From an uncultured Thermoleophilia bacterium (lineage in GTDB: Bacteria > Actinomycetota > Thermoleophilia > UBA2241): a stretch of DNA of 64,000 bases. Shown piece after piece: positions 36,040 through 45,694 of the stretch (its first letter is position 1; every line of letters starts with the position of its first letter). The notes under the pieces are model-generated. The model saw only the letters and a list, made by a program, of their open reading frames with translations, was not told the origin of the DNA and did no database searches. Made by a program: the position numbers and the translations under genes. The stretch lies in NCBI GenBank assembly GCA_964533575.1, contig CAZHMG010000005.1, positions 1,336 through 65,335 of the forward strand, read 5' to 3'.

Positions 36040-37575
36040 GTGAAGAGGTTGTCGAACGGCGCCGCGGGCGGGCCTATCAGGCGCGGCGGTCTTGCACTCG
36101 CCTCGTTGTTCCCCGAGCGGTTCTTGCGGGACCTCTCGCTGCAGACCGTGGGTATGTATTTGTCGACCGCGCTGCTGCTGGTCCGCGGCATCCTCTTGGC
36201 GCGCTTGCTTGGCCCCGCGAACCTCGGCATCGTCTCGTTCGTCAACATCTTCATCGCTTACGCCTCATGGGCGGATCTGGGCATGGGACGTGTGCCGAGT
36301 CGGGAGATCCCCATCGCACTCGGCGCGGGGCACCCAGAGAAGGCGGAGCAGTGGCGCTGGTACGGCGCCTTCGCGACGACGGTGTGCGGGACGCTGGCCG
36401 CTTGCGGCATTGCCGTATACGTTGCCATCAACTGGTTCACTCTCGACGATGACCTTCGCTTCGGCTTGCTGACGGCCTGCGTCGTGATTGTCGCGTCTGC
36501 CTTCACCGGCGAGCAGCAGGTCATCATGCGCGCGTATCAGCGCTACGATCGCCTCAATGCTCTGGTGGTCTTCACGGCCATCGCCTCGTTGGCCACGGGC
36601 GTGGCAGGGGCGTGGATCGCCGGCGTCCGCGGCGTCTTCGTCAGCCAAGCCGTCGTGTACTCTCTTGCCGTCGTCGTCAGTCTCGGGCTTGCTGGACGAC
36701 CGCGACCGTCGAAGGTGCGAGCGAGATTCCTGGGGAGCATGGTCGTGGCGGGTATTCCCTACGCGGTCATCAATCTGGTCGGCTACAACCTCATCAACAT
36801 TGATCAGATTCTGCTCGTCGCACTGCTCAGTAAGGAGGCTCTCGGCATGTACATGCCCGTGCTGTACGCGGGCAGCGCCGCCGCGCTCTTCCCCAACGCG
36901 GTCGTGGTCGCCACCGGGAGCCGGCTCATCAGACGCTACGGGGAGTTCCGTACGATGGAATCCATCAACGGCCTCACGTGGCGTCCGGTCAGGGGACTGT
37001 CCGTCTCGATGCCTGTGGTGTGCGCCCTAGGATGGCTGTTCGCACCGCTCGGCATTCTCCTGGTTCTGCCTGAGTACGTGGAAGCGATCGCCCCGTTGCG
37101 TGTCTACCTCGTCGGCGTGTTCTTTCTGGGACTGAACATGGGCACCGGCTCGACGCTGTACGCCCTCAACAAGCACATGTACGACATTCCGGTCGTGCTC
37201 GGATCCATTGCGCTCAATGTCGCCCTTGACGTCGTCTTCGTCACCTGGATGGGCCTTGGCCTCATCGGTATCGCCCTGGGGTCCGCGATCACGTACTTCG
37301 CCTACTGGATCGCGCATACGATGCTCGTCCATCACTATTTCGGCCACCACTGGCGGCGTGCCACGCTCCTCTGTCTCTCGACTGGCTGGCCAGGTCTGGT
37401 GCTCGCGGCAGTGACGGCGCTCGCCGCGGTGACCGGCAGTCTTTCGAGCACCCTCGATCCCTTGGGGGTACTCCTCTTCGTTGCCGCAGCCGGTCTGTTC
37501 GCTCTTCGCTGGAAGGAAGCGACGCGCTGGACGCTGTCACGGCGAGACGGAACCGACACAAAGGCGTCCTCCTGA
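36040..37575 (+). CDS. oligosaccharide/polysaccharide flippase (Wzx-like MOP-superfamily membrane protein)
   Basis: About 12-14 predicted TM helices over the whole protein match the polysaccharide biosynthesis protein family pattern. The start is GTG. Confidence 0.7.
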   Translation: MKRLSNGAAGGPIRRGGLALASLFPERFLRDLSLQTVGMYLSTALLLVRGILLARLLGPANLGIVSFVNIFIAYASWADLGMGRVPSREIPIALGAGHPEKAEQWRWYGAFATTVCGTLAACGIAVYVAINWFTLDDDLRFGLLTACVVIVASAFTGEQQVIMRAYQRYDRLNALVVFTAIASLATGVAGAWIAGVRGVFVSQAVVYSLAVVVSLGLAGRPRPSKVRARFLGSMVVAGIPYAVINLVGYNLINIDQILLVALLSKEALGMYMPVLYAGSAAALFPNAVVVATGSRLIRRYGEFRTMESINGLTWRPVRGLSVSMPVVCALGWLFAPLGILLVLPEYVEAIAPLRVYLVGVFFLGLNMGTGSTLYALNKHMYDIPVVLGSIALNVALDVVFVTWMGLGLIGIALGSAITYFAYWIAHTMLVHHYFGHHWRRATLLCLSTGWPGLVLAAVTALAAVTGSLSSTLDPLGVLLFVAAAGLFALRWKEATRWTLSRRDGTDTKASS

Positions 37576-37740
37576 CGCTTCTCCAGTGAAGACGGCGCCA
37601 TCGGAATGGTCGGGTAGACTTGCGCGGGGCATGGGTAGGACCCGGGCTATCGGGGCCGATGAGGGGGAGGTCCTGGTGCGCGGCGGCGCCGATCGCATTT
37701 GGGCTTGGTGTCGGCTGACGAAGAGAGGATCGATCGGACT

Positions 37741-39735
37741 ATGACAGCACTACTCAGGCCCGGCCTCGATCGTGTGCTGGCGGGAGTCCCTCTCCCTTGG
37801 CAGGTCCGTCGCCTGCGGATGATGTCGGCACTCGAGGTTGCGCAGAGGATCCAGTGTCATGCACGCCTGTCCGTCTGGCGACGCCGCCGACGTTGGCCTC
37901 CTCCCCGCTTCGTGGCCCGGCCCGCTCGCGGCGCCTACAAGCTTCCTGCCTGTATCAGCGAGAGTGATGCTGCAGCAGTTCGCCAGCAGGCGGACGCCAT
38001 GCTGAGCGGGCGGATGACTCTGCTTGGGCAAGAGTTCTCGCTGTGCGAAGTGAACTGGAGCCTGGATCCCCAGAGCGGTAGCACGGCGCCCATGGCCTTT
38101 GGTCCCACACTCGACTATCGCGATGCTGGACTCGCCGGCAATGCGCGAAACATCTGGGAGCTCAATCGCCATCAGCATCTGACGCTGGCAGCTCTCGCTT
38201 ACGCGCTCTCCGGCGAGGAGCGTTACGCCGACTTCGTCCGTGAACAGATCGATTCTTGGCTGGATCAGAACCCGTTTCCCCTTGGCGTCAACTGGGGGAG
38301 TTCGCTTGAGCTGGGCTTACGGCTGATCTCCTGGGTCTGGATCTCCCGCTTTCTCAACGGAAGCGTGCACTGGGACGCTCTCTTCGGCGAATTCGGCCGG
38401 CTTTGGCCATCCGTCCATCGGCACCAGTGGATGATCGCGGCTCGGCGATCCGTTGGATCATCGGCGAACAACCACTTGATCGGCGAGATGGCCGGGTTGT
38501 TCGTATCTGCCGCCGAGTGGCCGTGGTTTGAAAGCTCCAAGGCATGGAGCGAACGTGCGCGACAGTCACTGGAGACGGAGATCGTCAAGCAGTTCTACCC
38601 GTCGGGACTCAATCGTGAGCAGGCCTTCGGCTATCACGTCTTCGCCACAGAGCTTCTCCTCATGGCCGGAGTGGAAGGGCAGAGGGCCGGGCGGCCCTTC
38701 TCGCGGGGCTATCGCGAAAAGCTGTGCGCCGCCACGGAGGCAGGCGTCGCGCTGGTTGCGCCCAAGGGGCCCGCGCCCACGTATGGCGACTCTGATGACG
38801 GCGTCGCCGTGGGCCTGCCGGGCGGCGGTCAGTATGCCCTCGAGCGCATCGTCGCCGTCGTCGGCCGATGGCTGACGCCCGTGACAAGTGAGCTGCCGCT
38901 GCCCCGTGAAGCGGTGTTTGCTGCGAACCTGGAGCTGTCGGGTCTGTGTGGTGCTGGATCAGACTTGCGGCGCATCCCGTCCAGTCCAACGGATCTGACT
39001 CGTTCCCGCGCGTTCTTCGACGCAGGCCTGTTCCTGATGCGATCGCGGGCGGAAGGCCAGGACATCCTCGTGACGGCGGATGCCGGAGAACTCGGCTACC
39101 TCAGCATCGCGGCTCACGGCCACGCCGACGCTCTTTCGTTCACCTTGGCCGTCGAAGGCGAACCGCTGCTCATCGACCCCGGAACATTCGCCTACCACTA
39201 CGATCTCAAAGCGCGCGCCTACTTCCGTGGGACGCCGGCACACAACACCATCTGGGTGGATGGCGCGGACCAGTCGCAGCCGGGCGGACCCTTCATGTGG
39301 ACGCGGAAAGCCCGCGTGACGGTGCAAGCGTGGCGTCCCGCGGCGGACGGAGGACTGCTGACCGCGAGCCACGACGGCTACGAGCGTCTGACGAGACCGG
39401 TGACGCATCGGCGCACACTCTCGCTTCAGGGAGAGCAGTTGTGTGTCGATGATGAGCTCAGCGGAGAGGGAAAGCACGACATCGAGTGGCGTTTGCACGT
39501 AGCGCCGCAGTGCGCCGTGAGACTGGACGGGGAGGAGTGCAACGTACGGGGTGAGAGGCACGACCTCTCCATCAGGCTGGACGGCGCCTTGCAGTGGCGC
39601 TGCATGGTGGGCGAAGAGAGTGGAGGATGGTTCTCCGGCGGCTTCAATCGCCGCGAGAAGACGACGACGATTGTGGGCGTCGCACGACTCCCGATGCCTG
39701 CGCGACTTCGACACGTAGTGAGAGTGACTTCATGA
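37741..39735 (+). CDS. heparinase II/III-like protein (alginate-lyase-type N-domain plus Hepar_II_III C-domain)
   Basis: WGSSLELGLRLISWVWISRF and NNHLIGEMAGLF are present, and the C-terminal AAHGHADALSFTL...PGTFAYHY...GTPAHNTIWVDG is typical of the Hepar_II_III domain. Confidence 0.7.
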   Translation: MTALLRPGLDRVLAGVPLPWQVRRLRMMSALEVAQRIQCHARLSVWRRRRRWPPPRFVARPARGAYKLPACISESDAAAVRQQADAMLSGRMTLLGQEFSLCEVNWSLDPQSGSTAPMAFGPTLDYRDAGLAGNARNIWELNRHQHLTLAALAYALSGEERYADFVREQIDSWLDQNPFPLGVNWGSSLELGLRLISWVWISRFLNGSVHWDALFGEFGRLWPSVHRHQWMIAARRSVGSSANNHLIGEMAGLFVSAAEWPWFESSKAWSERARQSLETEIVKQFYPSGLNREQAFGYHVFATELLLMAGVEGQRAGRPFSRGYREKLCAATEAGVALVAPKGPAPTYGDSDDGVAVGLPGGGQYALERIVAVVGRWLTPVTSELPLPREAVFAANLELSGLCGAGSDLRRIPSSPTDLTRSRAFFDAGLFLMRSRAEGQDILVTADAGELGYLSIAAHGHADALSFTLAVEGEPLLIDPGTFAYHYDLKARAYFRGTPAHNTIWVDGADQSQPGGPFMWTRKARVTVQAWRPAADGGLLTASHDGYERLTRPVTHRRTLSLQGEQLCVDDELSGEGKHDIEWRLHVAPQCAVRLDGEECNVRGERHDLSIRLDGALQWRCMVGEESGGWFSGGFNRREKTTTIVGVARLPMPARLRHVVRVTS

Positions 39736-41033
39736 AGGTAAGCATCTTTGGATTGGGATATGTGGGGGTCGTGACTGCCGCCTGTCTGGCACGAGACGGT
39801 CACGAAGTGATTGGCGTCGACGTCCTTGCAGAGAAGGTCGACAGCATCTCCGCGGGCAGGTCGCCGATAATCGAACCCGGGCTTGCGGAATTGCTCACGA
39901 CGGGTGTGAAGGAGGGGAGAATCCGGGCAACGACGGACACAGCCGCTGCCGTGCGCGAGAGCGAGATCTCGCTCGTCAGCGTCGGAACCCCTTCGTCAGA
40001 CCGTGGAGCGCCGTTTCTTGGGCATGTGCGCGACGTGGTGGCGCAAATCGGCGATGCGCTGGCTTCCGGGAAAGGTCAGCATGTGGTTGTCGTGCGCAGC
40101 ACTGTTCCCCCAGGGACGCTGGCCGAGTGCGCTGACATCGTGAACGAACGCGCGGGCGAGGCCGACGTGCATTTCGCCTTCAACCCGGAGTTCCTCCGCG
40201 AAGGCTCTGCCATCGCCGACTTCGACCATCCGAGCTACACGGTGATTGGCACGGAGAGCGAGGCGGCCGAAGCCGCCTTGCGACGTCTGTACGCCTCGGT
40301 GGAAGCGCCGTTCGTCGTCGTCGACCCGGCCGTGTCGGAGATGGTGAAGTACGTCGCCAACTGCTGGCATGCGGCCAAGATCGGCTTCGCCAACGAGGTC
40401 GGCCGCGCGGCGAAGGCCTTCGGGGTGGACGGGCGCAAGGTCATGAACATCATCGTGCAGGACACGAAGCTCAACGTCTCCCCCGTGTACATGAGACCCG
40501 GCTTCGCCTACGGCGGCTCGTGTCTGCCCAAGGATGTGAGAGCGCTCCTGCATTACGCGCACGAGATGGGCGTTTCTCTGCCGATACTCGCGGCACTCCC
40601 GGTCTCGAACCAGATCCAGATCGACGCCGCCTGCGCGCTCGTGCTGGCGAACAAGCCGCGCCGCGTGAGCGTGTTCGGCTTGGCCTTCAAGGCCGAAACG
40701 GACGATCTTCGCGAGAGCCCCGCCGTACCGCTCGTGAAGCATCTCATCGGGGAGGGGTGTGAAATCCGCATCTACGCTCCCGACGTGAATGAGGCGCGCC
40801 TGATGGGCACGAACCTCGCCTACATCCGCGAGCACATCCCTCACCTCGAGCAACTGCTCGTTGACGACCCCAACGAGGCGATCAAGTGGGCCGACGCGGT
40901 CGTGGTGACGCACCCGCAGCGGCAGTTCAGCCAAGCACTCGACAGCGCGCCGGACGGAACTCACGTCGTGGATCTTGCCGGCCTATTCCCCGAACAGCCA
41001 CAGCACTTCCGGTACGATGGCATCGCCTGGTAG
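39732..41033 (+). CDS. nucleotide-sugar (UDP-glucose/UDP-ManNAc) 6-dehydrogenase
   Basis: The NAD-binding N-terminus MKVSIFGLGYVGVVTAACLA, the catalytic Cys region GGSCLPKDV, and the UDP-binding C-domain are present. There is an ATGA overlap with the upstream gene. Confidence 0.85.
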   Translation: MKVSIFGLGYVGVVTAACLARDGHEVIGVDVLAEKVDSISAGRSPIIEPGLAELLTTGVKEGRIRATTDTAAAVRESEISLVSVGTPSSDRGAPFLGHVRDVVAQIGDALASGKGQHVVVVRSTVPPGTLAECADIVNERAGEADVHFAFNPEFLREGSAIADFDHPSYTVIGTESEAAEAALRRLYASVEAPFVVVDPAVSEMVKYVANCWHAAKIGFANEVGRAAKAFGVDGRKVMNIIVQDTKLNVSPVYMRPGFAYGGSCLPKDVRALLHYAHEMGVSLPILAALPVSNQIQIDAACALVLANKPRRVSVFGLAFKAETDDLRESPAVPLVKHLIGEGCEIRIYAPDVNEARLMGTNLAYIREHIPHLEQLLVDDPNEAIKWADAVVVTHPQRQFSQALDSAPDGTHVVDLAGLFPEQPQHFRYDGIAW

Positions 41034-42216
41034 CGTCCTCATCCTTGTCGAGAACCTCCCCGTGCCGTTCGACCGGCGCGTGTGGATGGAGGCGACAGCC
41101 CTTGCCGGAGCGGGGTACGAGGTGACCGTGATCTCGCCCAAAGGCAAGGGCTACGAGCGCGACCGCGAAATGATCGACGGGGTCGCGGTTTACAGGCACA
41201 CGCTCGACGTCGAAGGTCATGGGCCGGTCTCATATCTGCGCGAGTATGCCCAAGCGCTCTGGGCCCAGACGCGTCTTGTGCGGCGCGTCCATAGGGAGCG
41301 GCCGTTCGACGTGCTCCACATCTGCAATCCCCCGGACCTGATGTTCATGGTCGCCCTCCCCTACCGGTTGCTGCATGGCGTGCGCGTCGTCTTCGACCAC
41401 CATGACGTCAATCCCGAGCTCTACGAGGCCAAGTACGGCCGGCGCGACATCTTCTATTGGATGTTGCGGATCGCGGAGCGTTGCACGTTCCTCACCGCCG
41501 ACGTCGTGATCACCACGGGCGAGAGTTATCGCGCCATCGCCGTCTCACGGGGCGGGAAGCGGCCACAAGACGTCTTCATCGTCCGCAGCGGGCCTGATCT
41601 CTCGAAGTTCCAGCCCGTGCCGCCGGTCGAAGCCTACCGCCGTGGGCGCCGCTTTCTTGTCGGCTACGTCGGCGTCATGGGACCCCAGGAGGGCCTCGAC
41701 TACCTGCTGCGCGCCGCCTCCATCATCGTCGGCGAGATGGGGCGTCGCGACATCTCGTTCGTTCTGGTCGGGGGCGGCCCATCGTTTGCCGAGCTCACCG
41801 GGCTTGCTCGCCGGCTGAAGCTGGACGACTTTGTGGAATTCACCGGCAGGGTGCCCGACGACGAGCTGATCGCGAGATTGTGCACGTGCGACGTCTGCGT
41901 GAATCCCGATCCCTACAACCCCTTCAACGATGCGTCGGTCATGAACAAGATCCTGGAGTACATGGCGCTGCGGCGCCCGGTCGTCCAGTTCGACCTCACG
42001 GAAGGACGGCGTTCAGCCGGTCCGGCGTCCGCCTATGCTCGCCGAAATGACGTCCGCCATCTGGCGCGCACGATCGTCGAACTGCTTGACGATGAGGCGC
42101 AGCGGGCAGCCATGGGCGAAGCAGGCTACACGAGGATGCGGGATCAGCTCGAGTGGAGGCATCAGGTGCCGAAGCTTCTGCAGGCGTACGCGAGGGTTCT
42201 CGGGGGAGCACGATAG
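41017..42216 (+). CDS. glycosyltransferase family 4
   Basis: The N-terminus ILVENLPVPFDRRVWMEATALAGAGYEVTVISP is GT4-like. The EX7E-type C-terminal region is present. Confidence 0.75.
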   Translation: MASPGSVLILVENLPVPFDRRVWMEATALAGAGYEVTVISPKGKGYERDREMIDGVAVYRHTLDVEGHGPVSYLREYAQALWAQTRLVRRVHRERPFDVLHICNPPDLMFMVALPYRLLHGVRVVFDHHDVNPELYEAKYGRRDIFYWMLRIAERCTFLTADVVITTGESYRAIAVSRGGKRPQDVFIVRSGPDLSKFQPVPPVEAYRRGRRFLVGYVGVMGPQEGLDYLLRAASIIVGEMGRRDISFVLVGGGPSFAELTGLARRLKLDDFVEFTGRVPDDELIARLCTCDVCVNPDPYNPFNDASVMNKILEYMALRRPVVQFDLTEGRRSAGPASAYARRNDVRHLARTIVELLDDEAQRAAMGEAGYTRMRDQLEWRHQVPKLLQAYARVLGGAR

Positions 42217-42307
42217 CCGCCGCGGGACCGCGAGGTGCCGTTCTCACGATCTGTATTCGGTCAGACCGCTTCTGACGCCGCCGCTCCGCTTGGGTTCGAG
42301 GCTGTGG

Positions 42308-43351
42308 TTACGTTGCTCGTGCGCGCTTGGTCTGCAGAGCGCGCACGCTCAGAGCACGCGAGGACGCGAGAGCCCGAGCGGCGTCCGAGAGCGTCATCGG
42401 CTGAGCCCCCGTGGCCCGAATGTAGCCGAAGAACTCAGCCAGTTCCCGAAGGAGCTTCTGCACCGACTCTGGTGTGCGCCGGTAGGGGCTGCCGTTCGGC
42501 ATGAGCTCACTCGAATGAACCATCATGACGGCTACTCCGGCGTTCATACGCCTGCTTTCGTCCCACGCGGCGCGGAGATCTCGCACCGTGAACTGAGGAA
42601 CCGGCCTCAGCTGGATCGGCTGCGCGCGCAGCCAACGCCCCGCGAGGCGATTCCGCCACGGCCTGATGAGAGACGAGCGATACAGGCGCAGGAGACTCGG
42701 GTGACGCCGCAGGAGCCCATATGAGACGACGATCGTCAGGGGGATTTCAAGAAGGCCGGGCTGTCCGGTGCCGGCGATCACGAACGGAGCGGCGTCATGC
42801 GTCGTGAAGTCAGGCCCTCCATCGCCCCCCGGCAAACCTGTGTGGGCACTCCAATCGACCAGCGGTGTGACGGACGTGTCGACGACGTACCCCAGTTCGG
42901 AAAGGGCTTGAGCGCAGCGTCCATCGAACCCGAAGCGGCCGGCGCGGAAGGACGTGGGCCGCATGTCGAACGCGGCCTCAATCGCTGCCGTGAGATGCTC
43001 GAGCTTGGCGTGGACCAGGTCCGCCGGAAGCTCCGACAGGTAGGAGTGCGCGGGATCGTTGCTCCGCAGGCCAGGCTCGTCGAGGAAGGGCGGTGTTGTC
43101 CATGGATGAACGTGAGCGCCCACTTCAGCCTTGCCCTCATTGACCCAGTTCCTGAGCAGGCCGCGCGCGGAAGGATCGGCAGCGATCTCGGAAGTCACGA
43201 GGTAGGTCGTCTTGATGCCGTACGCATCGCAGACATCCTGAAAGGCCGGCCAATAGCGCACATTCTCGGTGGTCAGAGGCGCGCCGAAATCCCACTGGTT
43301 GTCGGCTTCCGTATCGATGGTCATGACGAAGATCACGCAGTTCTCCCGCAT
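42308..43351 (-). CDS. polysaccharide deacetylase-like protein (WalW/DUF-type divergent CE4)
   Basis: The N-terminus FVMTIDTEADN and the His-rich EVGAHVHPW pattern resemble divergent polysaccharide deacetylases found in EPS loci. Confidence 0.5.
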   Translation of the reverse strand: MRENCVIFVMTIDTEADNQWDFGAPLTTENVRYWPAFQDVCDAYGIKTTYLVTSEIAADPSARGLLRNWVNEGKAEVGAHVHPWTTPPFLDEPGLRSNDPAHSYLSELPADLVHAKLEHLTAAIEAAFDMRPTSFRAGRFGFDGRCAQALSELGYVVDTSVTPLVDWSAHTGLPGGDGGPDFTTHDAAPFVIAGTGQPGLLEIPLTIVVSYGLLRRHPSLLRLYRSSLIRPWRNRLAGRWLRAQPIQLRPVPQFTVRDLRAAWDESRRMNAGVAVMMVHSSELMPNGSPYRRTPESVQKLLRELAEFFGYIRATGAQPMTLSDAARALASSRALSVRALQTKRARAT

Positions 43352-43424
43352 TGCTCGTTCCGGCGGTTCAGCTCAGAGAAACAGATTCGTCGCACCCGCC
43401 CGTTTTACAGAGAGGCAGGTGTAG

Positions 43425-44522
43425 TCAGTTGCGGCAACGCGCGGTTAGGACGCGTTCGTATCCCCCGATCATCGCCTCCGTCGACAACTGTGCCTCCACG
43501 AACGCACGTCCAGCTGTTCCCATCGCTTCTCGTTGCGAGGGATTCGACAACAGGGCGGCCACCGCCGATACCATGCCTCGCATGTCCCCCTGCTTCACGA
43601 CAAGGCCTGTACCTCCGTGAATGAGTGTCTCACCAACCCCGCCGATGTTCATGCCGACGACGGGCACCCCGCACGCCTGAGCCTCCAGGAACGACAACGG
43701 GAAAGTCTCGACATTGTCTGACAGGAGGACGACGACATCGGCCGCGGAGTAGGCCGCTGGCATGTCTTCGACTGGTCCCGCGACGCGAAGTCGTGCGGCG
43801 ACACGGCTCGACTGCGCAAGTGAGGTCGTCTTATCGATCAGGGGGCCTGAGCCCACCATGAGGCCCCACGCGTCTATGCCCAAATCGTGCAGGCCTTCGA
43901 TCAGGGCGATGAACCGATCGTGACGCTTCTCCGGACGATGGGCCGCGACGAGCATGACAACTGCTGCATCGGCCGGCACGCCGAGCTCCTGACGCAATCT
44001 CAAGCCTCCTCCAGAGTCACCGGAGAAGCGGGCCACGCTGACGCCGTTGTGGACCACTCGAATCTTGCGCTGTTGATGTCCGGCGCGCACGAGCGACTCC
44101 CGTTGACCGTTGGCACAGGCGATGACCGACTCGGTGAGGCCGCGCAGGCAGATGTTCGTGAATCGAACCAGAGGGTTGGCCCGCGTCGTTGTGGAGTGTT
44201 CCGCGACGATGACGGGACAGCCCAGCGAGGCAGCGGCAATCCGTCCCCACAACGAGGCATTGAAGCTCACACAGACGCAGACATCGGGACCGAAGGTCTT
44301 GAGAGTGTGGCGGATTGCGGGAAGAACACGCACGTCCCACCGGCTCATGCAGCCAAGCTCAACGATGCGCACTCGGTCGAAGTACTCCGCGTACTGCTCC
44401 GCGCGTTTGTTGACGATGAGCAGCACCTCGTGCCCAATGCTGGAGAGCCCGGAGACGATTTCGAGCGTCTGCCGCTCAGCTCCGCCGCGGCCAAGGGCCG
44501 CGATGTCGAATGCGATTCTCAA
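43425..44522 (-). CDS. glycosyltransferase family 4
   Basis: MRIAFDIAALGRGGAERQTLEI... is present, and the C-terminal donor-binding region is retained. Confidence 0.75.
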   Translation of the reverse strand: MRIAFDIAALGRGGAERQTLEIVSGLSSIGHEVLLIVNKRAEQYAEYFDRVRIVELGCMSRWDVRVLPAIRHTLKTFGPDVCVCVSFNASLWGRIAAASLGCPVIVAEHSTTTRANPLVRFTNICLRGLTESVIACANGQRESLVRAGHQQRKIRVVHNGVSVARFSGDSGGGLRLRQELGVPADAAVVMLVAAHRPEKRHDRFIALIEGLHDLGIDAWGLMVGSGPLIDKTTSLAQSSRVAARLRVAGPVEDMPAAYSAADVVVLLSDNVETFPLSFLEAQACGVPVVGMNIGGVGETLIHGGTGLVVKQGDMRGMVSAVAALLSNPSQREAMGTAGRAFVEAQLSTEAMIGGYERVLTARCRN

Positions 44523-45694
44523 CGGTCGCCTCCGGGACGGGCTTTCCCAAGGACATGCGACGCAACATCATCCGGAGGGAGAGGCGTCCACTCCTCCTTC
44601 TCTGAGGTGCCATGCCTGGCAACCTGTAGCAGTGCATCGTACAACGCGATATAGCTTTCAACGACGGAGGCGGTTCTGAAGCTCGCGCTTCGTCTGCGAC
44701 CTTCTGCGATCCTGGTCGCCCACGCTTGCGGATTACGAATGGCCGAGACGATGTGCAGCGCGATCTCACCAGGGTCTACCCTGCAGAGCGCGGCGACGCC
44801 GTCGGCCATTGCTCGTACTCCTCCGACGTCCGTGGCGACGAGTGGGACGCCGATTGTCATGGCCTCTGCGGCCACGATCGGCGTGACCTCGTAGCGAGAC
44901 GGCAGCACCACTGCGCTCGCCCGACTCATCGCGACAGCGATCGCCTCGCTGCTGGTGAGGGCGTCATGCGGGATGCAGTTGCGGGGCAGCTCCGCCATGC
45001 TGTCGGGTGAGATTCCGTAAAGATGCAGGCGTGCGTCGGGCAACTGGGCCAGCACGTGTACCCAGGCTGCCAGGAGCAGGTCGCTGCCCTTGATGCGCCG
45101 AGGGCCGCCGAAGAACGCGACCGAGCGCTGCTCCGGCGATGCATTGGCAGCGAAGAAGGCTTCGTCGACGGGGTTCGGAATGTGGATCTGGGTCACAGGC
45201 TTCACGGGACAGTTCACGCGCCAGTCGGCTGTGACGTTGACAAAGGCGGCGGCGTGCCGCAAGGCACTAACGGCTTGGGCTCTCACGAGAGGAGCTCGCA
45301 CAGCCCAGCCGAACACTCCGTGGACGTGACGCAGATCCTTCAGTGTGTTGCCGTGGGCACAGACGACGGTCGGGGCCCCGCGCCAAGCCGCGACGGCCGC
45401 CCCGGCGAACCCCAGACCCTGGCCCTGCGCGACGTCCGGCCTCAAGTCGGTCAGGGCGCGCGCGACCCCGGCGCTCCACTCTCTCGCGCCCCCGATGAGC
45501 ATATGCCGGCCGGACGCAGGCACGCGCGCGGTGGGGACGCCGTGCCACGCATCCTCATCTCCGCTGCCGCGTGCGATCAGCACGACGTCGTGGCCCCGGC
45601 GCTGAAGACCGATGCAGAGCGCTTGCGTCGCCTTCTGCACGCCACCGTACGGCGTGTCGTCGACGTAGGTGTCCACCACGAAGCAGATCCTCAT
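44519..45694 (-). CDS. glycosyltransferase family 4
   Basis: MRICFVVDTYVDDTPYGGVQKATQALCIGLQRRGHDVVLI is present. There is a 4-nt overlap with the downstream GT. Confidence 0.75.
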   Translation of the reverse strand: MRICFVVDTYVDDTPYGGVQKATQALCIGLQRRGHDVVLIARGSGDEDAWHGVPTARVPASGRHMLIGGAREWSAGVARALTDLRPDVAQGQGLGFAGAAVAAWRGAPTVVCAHGNTLKDLRHVHGVFGWAVRAPLVRAQAVSALRHAAAFVNVTADWRVNCPVKPVTQIHIPNPVDEAFFAANASPEQRSVAFFGGPRRIKGSDLLLAAWVHVLAQLPDARLHLYGISPDSMAELPRNCIPHDALTSSEAIAVAMSRASAVVLPSRYEVTPIVAAEAMTIGVPLVATDVGGVRAMADGVAALCRVDPGEIALHIVSAIRNPQAWATRIAEGRRRSASFRTASVVESYIALYDALLQVARHGTSEKEEWTPLPPDDVASHVLGKARPGGDR

